From NCBI GenBank assembly GCA_030390025.1, contig JASTWF010000036.1, positions 2,978,001 to 3,042,000 on the forward strand: 64,000 nucleotides of DNA. The letters run 5' to 3'. The position numbers were made by a program, and so were the translations under genes. The notes under the pieces were generated by a model, which was not told where the DNA came from, did no database searches, and saw only the letters and a list, made by a program, of their open reading frames with translations. How positions within the stretch are numbered: position 1 is the first letter of the stretch; every line of letters begins with the position of its first letter. Positions 38,021-50,921 of the stretch are shown one piece after another. This DNA comes from Squalus acanthias. Lineage: Eukaryota.

Positions 38021-38283
38021 CTTGCATTTATATAGCGCCTTTCATGACCACCGGACATCTCAAAGCTCTTTACAGCCAATGAAGTGTGGTCACTGTTGTA
38101 ATGTGGGAAACGCGGCAGCAAATTTGCGCACAGCAAGCTCCCACAAACAGCAGTGTGATAATGACCAGATAATCTGTTTTTAGTGATGTTGATTGAGAGA
38201 TAAATATTGGCCAGGACACCGGGGAGAACTCCCCCCTGCTCTTCTTCAAAATAGTGCCATGGGATCTTTTACATCCACCTGGG
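38021..38283 (-). mobile_element. 3' half of a SacSINE1/DeuSINE-type SINE
   Basis: CTTGCATTTATATAGCGCC through GGGATCTTTTACATCCACCTG. Confidence 0.88.
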
Positions 38284-38776
38284 AAAGCAGAAAAGAGAGG
38301 GGTGGGGGGAAAGAGAGGGAAAGAGAGGGGGGAAAGAGGGGGAGCGGAAAGAGAGAAAGCGAGAAAAGAGAGGGAGAGGGAGAGAGAGAGAGAGAGAGAG
38401 ACAGAGGAACACTTGGTCAGAGTGCCCTGAGCTAAGGAAGTGAACAATGAATCATCTGGGGTTGTTGCCCATGATTCTAGAAAGGGAGAGAGGTCAGCAA
38501 CCATAACCTGCTCTTGCCCACCTCCTGGAGTTATCTCAGTTGTGGAACTGTGAGAGCAAGTTTGCATCCTGTCCTTTCAGTGAGAAGATGTGCAAGACTG
38601 GGAAATTCAGGAGGGAAAGAAATAAATTTTAAAAACAATGAAGTAAATTAGTAAAAAAACAAACTTAAAGCACCTACTATAGGTCTGCAAATGAACGCAA
38701 GGCTGGGTTGCTGCAAGATCTCGAGAAACCCTGGGACCAATAGGCCGAGTGTCTTATTGTGTTGGTTGATACTTAC

Positions 38777-38979
38777 TTAGCGTCACAAGACATAGGTGTG
38801 AAGTCCAGCTTGTGCTTGGTTCTGAAGATCATGCTCTTTGTTCGGATTTCCAAAATGGAAGGAGTTTGGAGTGGTGATGCTATAGCAAACAGGGCAAACT
38901 GTGCTGGGACCAGGGAGCCATCTTCAGCGGTTTTGCTCTGTCCATGAAGAAACTTCAATCTGCCCTGTATATTTAGGAC
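38777..38979 (-). CDS. AHR: AHR exon 7, 203 nt
   Basis: [52 protein letters not shown] with AG and GTAAGT boundaries. Confidence 0.96.
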
Positions 38980-40566
38980 CTGTTCAGAGACAAATACACT
39001 CAGGCCTTTCAATTAAGCACATCTGCTCCAGCGGGTGGTTGCAATTTTAAATTGCATGTATATATTCTGGTATACACAAAACCTTTTTTAAAAATTCCAA
39101 TTCAAGCTTCTTGTTGGTCCTGTATTCAGAGCATGTGCAAAGGGATGGGGGAGTAACATGGCACATCTCCGCCCCTCTTGGTCTCAAACATTATGCCTAC
39201 CACAGCCGTGGTAGCTTAAGAACCTGACCTAGCCACCCATGTTGTCTCTACCTTGCACCCAGCAGATGGACCTGTGGTAAATGTCATTAATACTCAACTT
39301 ATCCTTTGGGAGGAATCAGCAGGTTTTCGTGTCAGAAGAGGACAGACCAAAAACAGAAGATGGCACACAGCATTGCGTGAAAGATACAGAAGGGAAACAT
39401 TCTCCTGAAATCTAGAGCAAGCATTTCATGAAAAATGATGACAGCGCCATTTATGTGAGAGCAGGCAGAGGTTTCTCTGGTTGCCTGCTTTTAGTCAACC
39501 TCCTGGGGGTAGAGGAGAGTTTCTATTCAGTTTCTGTTCACTCACATGAATAGAAATATTTTTATTATCAGATATTGAAATATATTCCACTTACTAACTT
39601 ACATGGGCCACATTGTCCTTTGAGATAATTCCTAGAAAAGCCAGCAGTCAATATTATCCACTCTGGTGAGTTCCCAATGTGGCAAATGGTCTATCTTCTA
39701 AACTGGGATCTCTATCCCACTAGTTTTACCAACAAGTGTGACTTGATGAGTGGGTATGCATATATTACATTTGTATACATATTTTAACTATCCCAACACA
39801 AATTAATTGATAGGATGTCGATATGGCATGAGTCAGGTTTACAAGGGGGTTAAATTATAGATTCCATCTCATCCATTTAATGTTGAGAAAAAGTGCTACA
39901 TAAATACTCCCCGATCCCCAAATATAATGAAGCAAAAGTGCAGAATACTTATCCACTTTCACATCATCACTATTCACCTCTCCCCCCGCCCGCCCGCCCC
40001 CCCCCCCCCCGCCTTGTCAGGAAGAAGCTGTCCTTCTCCAAGCACTGAGGATAAGGCTCTTCTAATAAAACCCCTTTTGAGGACTCACCAAAAGAGTTTT
40101 TTGCTATGTGAACTAGGAACAGGAGGAGGCCATTCAGCCCCTCGAGTCTGTTCCGCCATTCGATTAGATCATGGCTGATGTGTATCTGAACTCCATCTAC
40201 CCGCCTTGGTTCCATAACCCTTAATACCCTTGCCTAACAAAAACCTATCAAGCTCAGTTTTGAAAATTTCAATTGACCCCCAGCTTTTTAGGGGTGGGGG
40301 GAGGGGGAGAAAGAGTTCTAGATTTCCACTACCCTTTGTGTGAAGAAGTGCTGAATGATATTGCTAAGACCTGTGAATGTACAGACTCCTGCATTGCTGC
40401 AGATTCAGTTTTGATTTATGATTTTAATTCTATTGCTCTATATCTCAAGTGTTCAGTTCAGACTGAGGTCCGTCAAGTGCATGGAAATGAATCATAATTG
40501 AATGTTGAAACTTCAGTTGGTTGCCTCAACCCTAGATTTAGTGGTTGCACAGAACACACCAAAGAG

Positions 40567-40966
40567 GGCTGCCCTGGTGGCTCAGTGGGTAAGTGCACTG
40601 CCCAGTAATGAACCAGATAGACCAGGAAGGCGCCAGGTTCAATCTCCAGTCTCTGCTCAATTACCTGATCGCAGCAAGGGTGGAAGTAGGGATGCTATAG
40701 TTGTCCTCAGTACCCCATGGCTAGGAAAGAGGGAAAAAAATCAACAAAGACTCCTGTTCACTATCCATTGACTCCTGCTGGAAAGTGCATGCATGTTGGG
40801 CAAGGAGTGGGTTTGACTGTGCTGCCCCTCACGTGGTCAAACAGCCTGCTGATGGTCACTGCCAAGTCTTGCCCGTGAAGAATGGCCAGTGAGGTACTGG
40901 AGGGCAGGCATGGCCTCTGGAACTGCACTCCAGCAAGAGTGAGTGCCTTCAGGTGAGCGGGGGGGG
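40567..40966 (+). mobile_element. Old tRNA-headed SINE-like repeat, family unassigned (related pieces near 2730, 7250-7580, 22260-22450, 44700-44900)
   Basis: GGTGGCTCAGTGGGTAA A-box and GGTTCAATCTCC B-box-like motif. Body motifs recur elsewhere in the window. Confidence 0.6.
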
Positions 40967-42414
40967 AAATCACCCTTAAAACAGAAGACTGCAATACTGA
41001 GGCCAACCCAGTCATAACATCAACTCTGTTGTCTTCCCTACATTGGAGAATGTAAGTTAAATTGCAAAACACACAGCTTTTCTCGTTGCTGTTATATTCT
41101 CCCTCTATTCTATTGTGTGTATTTTTGAGCTGCTAAAAAGAGTTCAAATCCTTTTGAAAAGCCACACTGTTTTTGAAAAGAGGAGATAAAATCTCCAAGC
41201 TGTTAACAAGGCTCCAAGGTTGTTAATCTTTCATCGGTTGCTTTGTGATTCTATTTTAGAGTAGCTGCAGGAGATCTATAATTCAGGGGATGTCGTGTTC
41301 TGTCTGTTCTGCCTCACTGGTCCTGGTGTTGGCAAAGTGAGGCACCTCTGCTCTGGATCCTGCAGTGTAACGGAGGCAGTAGCTACCAAAGAGTGGCTTT
41401 CACTTAGTACTGCAAGGGCATCTAAAAGAGTAATTCAGTCCTGCCAGCATCGCCTGACAGTGCAAGAGTCCAGCACAATCCAGTGGAATTCAATCCTGCT
41501 TAGTCTGTTGACGTTAGCGGAGTTATCTTTTATGTAACCAAATCAAGATGTGAGGATAATATTTGAATAGGAGGAACACAGTGTCAGGAACGTTACTTCT
41601 GGCTAACCACAAAAAACAATTGTACAGATGCCAATGCGTCATAGTTGTTCCCACATTCAAGGCCTTTTGTTGCTTTTGGAGGGAGCTTTTCAAGGAGGTG
41701 CCTGGAACAGAATCAACCCTCTGTGTCTTACAATGAGTTCCCCCCTGATGAGGGGCACTGGTGAAACTCTCACAGCTGAGTACGCTGCCACACAAATGTT
41801 TCCCAGTCATGTTTTCGCCCCAATTTTCCCCCTCCTTTCCTGAGGTACTTGTACAAATGGCAGTAGGCATGTGTTGGAATGCTAACCCAAACCATCTGCC
41901 ACCTGCCCCCCGCCCTATCCCCAACATGTCTCCATCATTTTCCCTGACCATCACTATTTTATATAAAAATACAAGGGACTTGTTGCTACTGGTGAAGAAT
42001 GGCCAGGGGAGGAGATTGGTAAGGGTAAAACTTATAAGGAGGAACAATGGTCATGTAACCTCAAAACAGTAGACTGAACTGTGTTAGTTATAGAAGAGCT
42101 GATGTCTGTTTGGGGAGTACCTCAGTAACAATATGAATAGTACATGACTCCTTTTAGATGTCTGTATGCTGCGTATTCCAGTTTTAAGCTTTTATGAAGA
42201 ATATACAGTGTATTCATGAATATATGCATCTCCTATGTTTTGCTATTACAGTCAAATCTACCTCCCTCTCATTCTTAATCCCTCTCATTTAATATTTAGA
42301 CTATTTAACAAGTAAGGGCTTTAGGTTAGAAAGGTAGAGCCGGATTCAGATGGATTTGGAAGGTAAGGATGAATCCGTCATTTTAGCCACTGTCAATATT
42401 GACCAGAAAATTAC

Positions 42415-42545
42415 CTGGAATCCAGCTGAGTTGTCCAACAGACAGCGAAACCGGCAGACAAAATTCCGCTCCATAAAAGACAAGTTTTCGAGTGGAAGCT
42501 GTTCTGGATTGCCAGTGGTAATTGGTACATTGGGCCAACTTTCTC
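42415..42545 (-). CDS. AHR: AHR exon 6, 131 nt
   Basis: [31 protein letters not shown] with AG and GTAATT boundaries. Confidence 0.96.
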
Positions 42546-44079
42546 CTAAGAGACAGACACGTATTACAGGTTAACAAACAGCCAAAAGAAAACGTTTTAT
42601 ATATATTTTTGTGCGTGTGCGTACATAGTCACCGCACTCCCATCATGGGAGTGCAATAACATTATACGGTGTTGCAATTACACTGTGATATATTCGTAAC
42701 AAATCTGCTGGCATAAAATTCCCTTTTCACAATTTTAATCCCTACTTATTATATAGGTAAATACAGCAGCCACTGTGCACTCAGCAAGATCCCAGAAATA
42801 TTAATGAGACAAATGACCAACTCGTTAATTTGTTTTTGGGTGGTGTTCCTGGAGGGTGCAATGTTGGCCAGAACACCAGAACGACGTGCTCATCTTTAAA
42901 TAGTGTCAAGGGTGCAGTGTGAAGGGTGGCAGCTCCACCAAGCAGCGCATCTTCGGTACTGCACTGCACCAGCCGAGATTATGTGCGCAAGTCCTAGTGT
43001 GGGTCTTGAACCCCAACCTTCTGATTCAGAGGCAGGAGTGCTACCAACTGAGCCAAGCATGCCTCTCAATGTAAATCGTATGCTGTCAGATGGGCAATTT
43101 AAACTTATTGATAAAGAATGGGAGTTTTGACTTTGACTGGCTACATGCATTGTTGAGTTGCTGATTTTTATTTTTTCTCTACCCGCTAACCCCCCCCGCC
43201 GACCCACCACCGCTTCTTTCTCTTTGGGCTCCTGGTTAAGAGAGAGTTGTGAGATCACCCAAACCTCTGTTACTGGCACCCTGTAGCCTTCTGCACTTAA
43301 AGGCAGGCAGGGATAGATATTCCTCTCATTTTCTTGCCTTCCCCAGAGAGGCACCTGACTTTCCTTGACGCCTCCTCTTGAAAGTGCAGCTGAGATGAGG
43401 ACCTCACATGGGGGAAATCACTGGCACGAACCCGATTCTACCATCCTGCATGTCAAAGCCCCAAAGGACCGTGCCTCTCGAGTCACTATTACCGACGTTC
43501 CAATACAGGGCTGAAAAGCCAAGTTCGCCTGAGCTTGATCAGGCCGCACACAAACTGGATTCTTCAATATCAGCAGCAATCAGATTTTTTTCCCTGTATA
43601 ATAGATTTTGCAGCTCAAACGGTTTAAACGTGAACTAACTCTGAATTGCTTTCATGTCAGAAGAGTGCAGCTAATGGCAAACACATTGGTTAGCCTGACA
43701 CCGGCTGCACTTGCCAATAGAAATGAGCCCACATTTGATGGTGCTGTTGCGGCAGAGACCTGCTTTATGTGGGACTTGTGAGCTGCCATCAAGTCTTCAT
43801 TTAGAAGGAAAAGCCCGGAGTTGGATTTCCTGACACACAGCAGTGGAAATCAGTGGTCTCCGGCTTCTACAGGTCTTAGCAGGGGCCTCACTCGGTAAAA
43901 TAAACAGCAGAGAATCGCAGCTTTCCAGTAGAGCACCACTCCACAGGGCTCCCTTAGTAAATATAAAAGCACTTCATGTCTGACAGACCCAGGTTGGCGT
44001 CTGGTCCAACAGAAACAAACATCTCCAATGGTTACCTTTTCCTGACTGTGCCACTCTAGATCAACATTGTTGTTCTTAC

Positions 44080-44203
44080 CCTGTCCCACGGGGTCACTTT
44101 GGGGTACTGGCGTTGGATGCCGTGCCCAGTGGAGCTGACGATGAAACTCATGACGATCTTCCGTGTGTATAAACTCAAACACGGGTTGGTGCAGGACATC
44201 AGA
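44080..44203 (-). CDS. AHR: AHR exon 5 (PAS-A), 124 nt
   Basis: [27 protein letters not shown] with AG and GTAAG boundaries. Confidence 0.96.
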
Positions 44204-44525
44204 CTGAAATGGAAGGGGAAAACTCTTTATTTGCAAAGGGAACAGTGTGGCAAATGTTACACCACTGTTCAAGAAAGAGGAAAGGCACAAACCAGGAAAT
44301 TGCTGGCCAATTAGTCTTACCATAGTTAAAGAAGGAAAAGAACAGACTTGCATTTACATGGCGCCTTTCATGTCCTCAGGACGTCTCAAAGCACTTCACA
44401 GACAATGAATTACTTTGCCTCAACCCGCGAAAACTCATTTACTGTCAATAAAGGTCTTTGCAGTTTTTATGGATTTGCAGTTTTTATGGAGGAGTCTTGT
44501 TAAGTAATAAGCTCAATAAACTGAC

Positions 44526-44615
44526 CTGATGGAAGCCCAGATAATCCCGAATTGTTTGAGAGGTGTAAAAGAAGTCTCCTTCGGCAGTTATAACCACCAC
44601 AAAACCATCTAGTGC
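44526..44615 (-). CDS. AHR: AHR exon 4 (PAS-A), 90 nt
   Basis: ALDGFVVVITAEGDFFYTSQTIRDYLGFHQ with AG and GTCAG boundaries. Confidence 0.96.
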
Positions 44616-44982
44616 CTGCATATACCAAAAACGCGAAATTATATGGTGCCAATGATATCACGCTTTTAACATACATAAAAACCCTATCTAAATATGACTC
44701 CTGCTATGGGGCAATAGGTGAGTGGACTGTGTGGTGAGGTACTAAGTCATGCAGACCTCAAAGGTCCCAAGCTTTATCCCTGGTCTGTGCTGAGTTAGGT
44801 GATCTCAGCTAAGGCAGTGATGAAGGCACTACAATTGACCTCAAAGTCCCTGGACTAGGAAGGGGGGGAGGTAAAAAAATAACAGCCAGAGTTGCTGCTA
44901 CCATACCCGAGCACAAGCCAGTGCCATCAATAGATGGGGGGGGGGGGAGGAACAAACTTCTACTACTGGTACAACAGATGAG

Positions 44983-45674
44983 AAACATCTCAACTCTTAA
45001 TATACAAGGTTCCTATCCTAAATCTAAATGAGCAAATTATTAGTTTACACTGGATGCTGCTGGTCAATATTGATTTGCCAATTGCATGTGGGTGGCACAG
45101 TGTTCACCCTGCACATTGCTGTTCCTATGCCCTGCATCACTGTGCCACCCACATGCAATCGGAAAATTGGCAACGCACTCGAGAATTTAAAAGTTCAGTG
45201 AGCCAATTATTTGCAGCCAGTAGGCTCATTTAGATTTATCCTGTGTGGATAGGAACCTTGTATATTAAGTGTTGAGATTGGAGTTGAGATGTTTTTCACC
45301 TGTTATATCAATAGTGGAAGAGGGATTTGTTCCCCCCCACTTTTCTCCCCATGTCTATTGATGGCACTGGAACGGCAATGTACAAGGTGGACACTCGCTC
45401 TTTCCATTGAGCTCCCACTCTCGACCATGTTTCTGCAGGTAGGCACCAATCCAAGGCCCTACAAGTATCTATAATTCTCTACGTGTTATGACCTTTATAT
45501 AGTTTGGGTCTCCTGGAGAACAAGCCTATATATCCAGTGGGGAAGCCAGTGGGGAGTTGGGGGGGGTGGAGGGTCACATTGGGGACAGCCAATTTTGTAG
45601 GTCAGCACTCGGCCAAAACTAGCTGCAAATAATTGCCTCACTTAACTTTTAAATTCCCGATCGTGTTGCCATTT
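44983..45674. repeat. Cluster of nested and interleaved inverted repeats
   Basis: Four arm pairs of 32, 15, 22 and 57 bp (details in findings). Confidence 0.9.
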
Positions 45675-45888
45675 TGAGTCTGACGCAAATGGCAGTACGG
45701 CCTTGGAGGATATCGTTGTGGCAGTTCTATGCCAAGTCGACAAAATCTGGATTTTGACCATCCCCCAATCCTTCGACCTTAGCTTCCCACCCCCCCCCCG
45801 TATATACACAAGGAAACCCACAGAATATATAAAGAATACTCAATGGGTAGCGGTTACTGGGCTTACTTGAAAAAACAAATTTCCTTAC

Positions 45889-45998
45889 CTGCAAAATCAG
45901 TTCCATCTCGGACAAGTGCACCTCGCTAAGAGCTTGTTGCCCATTGTTGCCTTTAGTCCCATTACCCACAGAGGGACATCTGCGGTTCTTCAAAGCAA
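45889..45998 (-). CDS. AHR: AHR exon 3, 110 nt
   Basis: VALKNRR...HLSEMELILQ. Phases 1/0 fit the neighbouring exons, with AG and GTAAGG boundaries. Confidence 0.9.
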
Positions 45999-46510
45999 CT
46001 GCAACAGAAACAGCACAATTAGTGGCAATTGATGAATATAAGTTTTTTATATATGATGGTGACGGAGTTGGGAGAGAGACTTTCGAAATCCCTCCAAGAG
46101 GCACCTTGTAGCCAAAGGCTGTAACTACATTGTGACAGCTAACGTAGCAAAACTGAATGAGAAATTTTGGCACTGCAATTTACAATGGTAAATGTTGACA
46201 CAAAAGCGTGTCCACAAATGATGACACCAGGAAGTACGGTTTATGTACAGGAAGCGCATGCCCTATGCAAGATTTTATAATATATGGATAGATGGTCGGC
46301 TACCAGTTGAAGGGCCGGCAATAGACTACAAGCTAAGTATTGCTGATACAAACAAACAAACAATCTGCTCAGAACTTCAACAGGTTTAAACTCTTTTTGG
46401 AAGAGTGTCTTGTACATAAAAGGCTGATCTTTCTCGGACAGATATATTTGTTATAGTGACACAAATCACAATTTATCAAAAAAAAATGCTTTAAAACAGT
46501 CCCATTTAGC

Positions 46511-46890
46511 CGACTGGATGGTATAATGGGTTAACACACTGACCTTTCACCTCCAGACCTGGGGTCAAATCCAACCCAGATTGATGGGGTGAAACTCTCC
46601 TCTCTCAGATAGCTGAAAGGCGCCCAAGGGAAATGTGATTCAACCTTGTTCCTCATGGGTACAAGTCCACGCTACAAAACTGCCCATAATTCTGCAATAC
46701 TTGTCACCAATATTGTCACGCCCATTCAAAAAATCCACAAGGATGACTGGCGCGTGAAATGGAAATATCACAATGGTTTAAGGGGGTGCTATTTTGAAGT
46801 TGCGATTAATGCATATTGTTAGTGCAGAAAATTATGAGCTTAGACTACATCTAATGCGCCCTATACCTGACCTGGTGGTGTTGATGCCAT
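46511..46890 (+). mobile_element. LF-SINE-like element
   Basis: GACTGGATGG..CCTTTCACCTC..AAATCCAACCCAG..GTCCAC..ACAAAAC in the order of the recalled LF-SINE consensus. Confidence 0.6.
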
Positions 46891-46977
46891 TAATAAGACC
46901 ATAAACCTGGAAATTATTTTTCTATGAATACGGAGGACCCGCACCTTGATCCAGAAAAAATCCACACCAAAAATATA

Positions 46978-47752
46978 GGCCCGGAATTTGCGGTTGGGAT
47001 GACTGCAAACTGGCAGCGTTCGGCGTCATTCCGCCTTTGAAACTGACCGCAACTTTGGGATTTGGCGCATGTGGAAATCCTGAAGTTGCGGTCTGTCAGT
47101 GACAGCTCCTAAACAGGCTGCGCTGTGCCCCAAACCTCTCTCCCCACTCACAGAGCCGGCAATCTGTGTAATCACTTAAATCATTGAAACTGACGAAAAT
47201 GTCGGCTCTTCTGCAGTAATTACACTGTTAAATTCCTCACTCAAAGTTAGACCCAAAGTGATTAGATGTAACTGGGGTTTTGACAGCATTATTACTGCTA
47301 AACAAATGTTAAGGGCCTGAAAAACTAATTTTAATTTTGTGCAGTGTGAAATTTGCCAATTTAAATAAAAAATTTAATTTTTAAGAAACTTAAAAAAAAA
47401 TTATATATTTTTTTAAAGTTTGTCCATCTTTATTTCAGGTTTGCCTTTTCCCCATGTGAGAGCCCCAATCTTTGTTTTGCTCTCTAACATTTTTAAAAAG
47501 TTAGAATTTTAAGAGCTTACCCACTTCCTTGTCGCTGTCTGTGAGAATTCTGCGTTTTGATTGGCTGCTCAGACAACCTGCTGACGGCACAGCAGCTCGC
47601 ACAAGGGGATCCCCACTATACTTTGTTCATTTGAATTGAACGTCAGAAAACCCAAAGTTCTTGACACAGGGATCGAGAGATCCTTGCGCGAAGTGTACTT
47701 CGGGGCCAGCAGCAAATGCCTTCGCTTCGCCACTGACTGCAAATTCCAGGCC
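46978..47752. mobile_element. MITE with TIRs
   Basis: GGCCCGGAATTTGCGGT ... ACTGCAAATTCCAGGCC around an AT-rich core. Confidence 0.85.
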
Positions 47753-48357
47753 AGTATTTAAAAGACACCTTAGTACAGCTGTGGAACATCCAGTTCCAAG
47801 CTGGGAGCAGGAGACTGGGGGGGTTACCAAAAGCCCATTTATTTATTTTCTTTTAAGGGACAGCATTGTCATAGTAAAGTGTCTCTGCTCTCACACCTGT
47901 AAGACTCACCACTAGTATGTTACAAATTTAACCCAAATGCACACCCATAGTCCTGTCTTATTGAAATGTTACACAGCTTGTATTGCTGGGCATCGTAAAT
48001 GCTTAGCAAACTGTGAAATAGCAATGCTTGGCCCATGGGAGTTTCCTATCCACTTTACTGTCATGTTTGATTTGTTAACCTGACCATAAACCCCTCCACA
48101 TGTACAAGACTGGATTCCCTTTGAAGCCAGTGTCATCTCACAGTTCTCCTCCTCTATACAGTAAACCAACAAGCTGCTTTGCAACTTAATCATCCAGCCT
48201 TTAGGGTTCCTGCTAGCAAGCTTAGCTCAGGACATCAATGGAATACATCACAGGAAGTGCTTTACTTAAGGAGAAACTACAAAGCAAAGGTTAGACCACA
48301 GATCCTGCCAGTGGGTTATTTTTCAGTGAAATGCTTATTACACTCTTTAAATCCCAA

Positions 48358-49240
48358 GGGGGAGAAATTCGGTATCGCCCCGTTTGGGGCGCAATTATTG
48401 GCCAGGCGCAAAGTTTAGCGCCTGCCGCAAATTATCGCCTCCAACTGCAAACTTGGCTTCTATCGCCCCTGGAGGTGATTGGAGCGCTAAATCAGGCGCA
48501 ACACACCTCTCTTAAGGCGCTAACGCTGAGGAGCGAGGCACTACCTCAGAGCACTGGCGAAGCTCATGTGATGTCAGTTAGCAATGGAACACACACACAC
48601 TGGCGCCGGCCAGTTCTTAAAGGGGAGGGTCGATCTTGCTCTCCATCCACATCCTGCTCATTGCAGCCTTGAATCTCGGCCTGGAGAGTCCTGTACATCA
48701 AATCTGCTGGAAAGAAAAATGGAGAGTACCAGGGAAAGAGCTCAGAGTGCAGCCCCCATAGTCTCTTCTAAATCGATGCAAGGAAGGTCAAATCAAAATG
48801 AACCTGCAAAGTGATGCTCAGTACCCAAAACTCCTTCACACAGCGTTGAATCTCTCCAGAAGTCTCGCTCTCTCTCTCAGAATGCGTGGTGCAAAAATGT
48901 CGCAGACAAAAAAAGGCAGGAAGCGGTCGCCTTTAAATAGCGCTCCCCCAGTCCCTTCCCGACTCCAAAACATTCCTCTCAACCTGTCGTTGCTAGCGGC
49001 AGGCGGAAAGGCAGGGGGCGCCACTCAATATCCGGTCCGGGGCGTTGCACACTCGACTGATGTCACGATCTGCCGGCGCAGGAGATTGTGGCGGTAGTGT
49101 TTAGCGCCGCCGCAAAATGTCTGGTCAATTTTGCGAGCGGCGCAAACATCACCGCGCCCGGGCGCTAGTTGCTTTGCGACCCATTAGCGCCCTCTTAGGG
49201 GGCTAACGGGAGGCACAAAGCAACCGAATTCCACCACCCC
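48358..49240. mobile_element. Non-autonomous Harbinger-type element
   Basis: GGGGGAGAAATTCGGT ... ACCGAATTCCACC termini with CpG-rich subterminal GCGCC/GGCGC repeats. Confidence 0.78.
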
Positions 49241-50225
49241 ACCCCAAGAGTTTTTTAAATTTTCATAAATTTATATTTATCTTATCTTCCTTACTGCACA
49301 TGAAGACCCTAACATTTAAAAACATAATGGTATAGTGCCCAACTATCACATACTTATGGTAAGATTTGGGGTAGATCATAGTGTGATATCCGATCATAGT
49401 GTGATATCCAGTGCAGACTCAATGGGCCCCTTCTGTGCTGTACTAGTGTATGATTCTCTGAAGGGTTGCGAGAATGTACAATGCATTGCAAAGAAACCCA
49501 TAGGCAAAGAATCAATTGAAGTATTTAAGAAGGAGATGCATACTGATTTAGGGGGGTAAGGTATTAAGGGACAAGGAGAAAGGGCAATGGATTAGGAATA
49601 AAAGGTAGAGCTGGCACGATTAACAAAAATGCCAAAGTAGACTCAGTGGGCTGAATAGCCTACTCCTGTTCCTATGTTCTTTAATAAGCATAAACTGGGA
49701 CAGGTCAATGGACAGAGCATGGGTTAAGGCAATCAGAATGAAGACTTTTACCTCAAAAAACAAAATTACACAATTTATTGTAATAAATTACACATTGTGA
49801 TTAAAAAACACAGTTCCCCTCTCTCCTGTTTTCTCCCACTTTATGATAACTTCTATTTATGGTGTTATGATAAATCTCTTGTAAATCAGATGTAACATGG
49901 GTTAGATTCAGGATAAAATTCTCTGTACTCTGCCCCACCATGTGTCCATCAGTACAAAATGATGAACCAGTGTGTGTTCTGGAATCACATTCACTAAAGA
50001 AAAGAAGGTATCTGCAGTGATAACTCCCATCCTTTCTTTGCCCCATCCCATCATCCTACGTACTGCATAAGTAAAGTTTGTCAAAAAAAAATACTTCACA
50101 CTTTCAAACATGGAGAAACACTTCAACATATTCTGCTGATACAGCAACAGAGATTGGGATGGAGATGAAATGACAAAACTGTTTACATGATTCCATGGTC
50201 TAATTTTGTATGCTGAAGAAACACT

Positions 50226-50921
50226 GGGGTGGAATTTCCTGTGTATTTGTGTCCAGAGACATGTATAGTCGGGGCATAAAGCAAATACCCAGCGTAAAAG
50301 ATTGTGGAAACTCGGGCGTAAATTACGCTACGCCCGAATTTCCTGGCTCTTTTCTGCTCGCCTATCAATCCCTGCACCCGAAAGCATTGCTGCTCATTAT
50401 AATGGCTCCACCCCCAGGGTAAAGAGCCATACATGCAAATTTCCTGCAATTATGCTAGTTCAAATCAGGTGTAAAATTAAGTCCAGAATTTTAGGCGCAG
50501 CAGGAAACTATGTCATTTTTTTGGGTGTTTAATCGCAATTTTGAGAGACATTTTTGTATCCTCACTTGGACCTGTTCTGTATTTTAATGTTTCTTTGAAT
50601 GATTTTTATGGCATCAGTATAAGTCACATTAAAAATTGAAAAGCTTCCAAGATTGCATGTTCTTAAACACGCTGTGACTAATGTGCATGGATGGCTTGAA
50701 ACATTAATTTTCATACTTAAAGGAGGAATATGTGGTGTGAGTTTGGCGCTTTCCTCAGGCCCCGATTGTTTATGTGGATTTCCGCTTGCTTACGTCCATT
50801 TTTACGTTTTGGCATGTGTTAATGAGATTGGCAGGAAATCTGGGTGTAAATAGACGTTGGCAAAATGGGTGCAGTTTCGGGTGTAACTTCCTGATTATGC
50901 CCCCACAGGAAATTCCCCTCC
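50226..50921. mobile_element. MITE with TIRs
   Basis: GGGGTGGAATTTCCTGTG ... CACAGGAAATTCCCCTCC. Confidence 0.8.

Noticed and set aside
36882..38183. Four long ORFs (297-395 aa) rich in P/S/L or G/R/E
   Set aside because: Artefacts of the G/A-only tract, which cannot contain stop codons on either strand.
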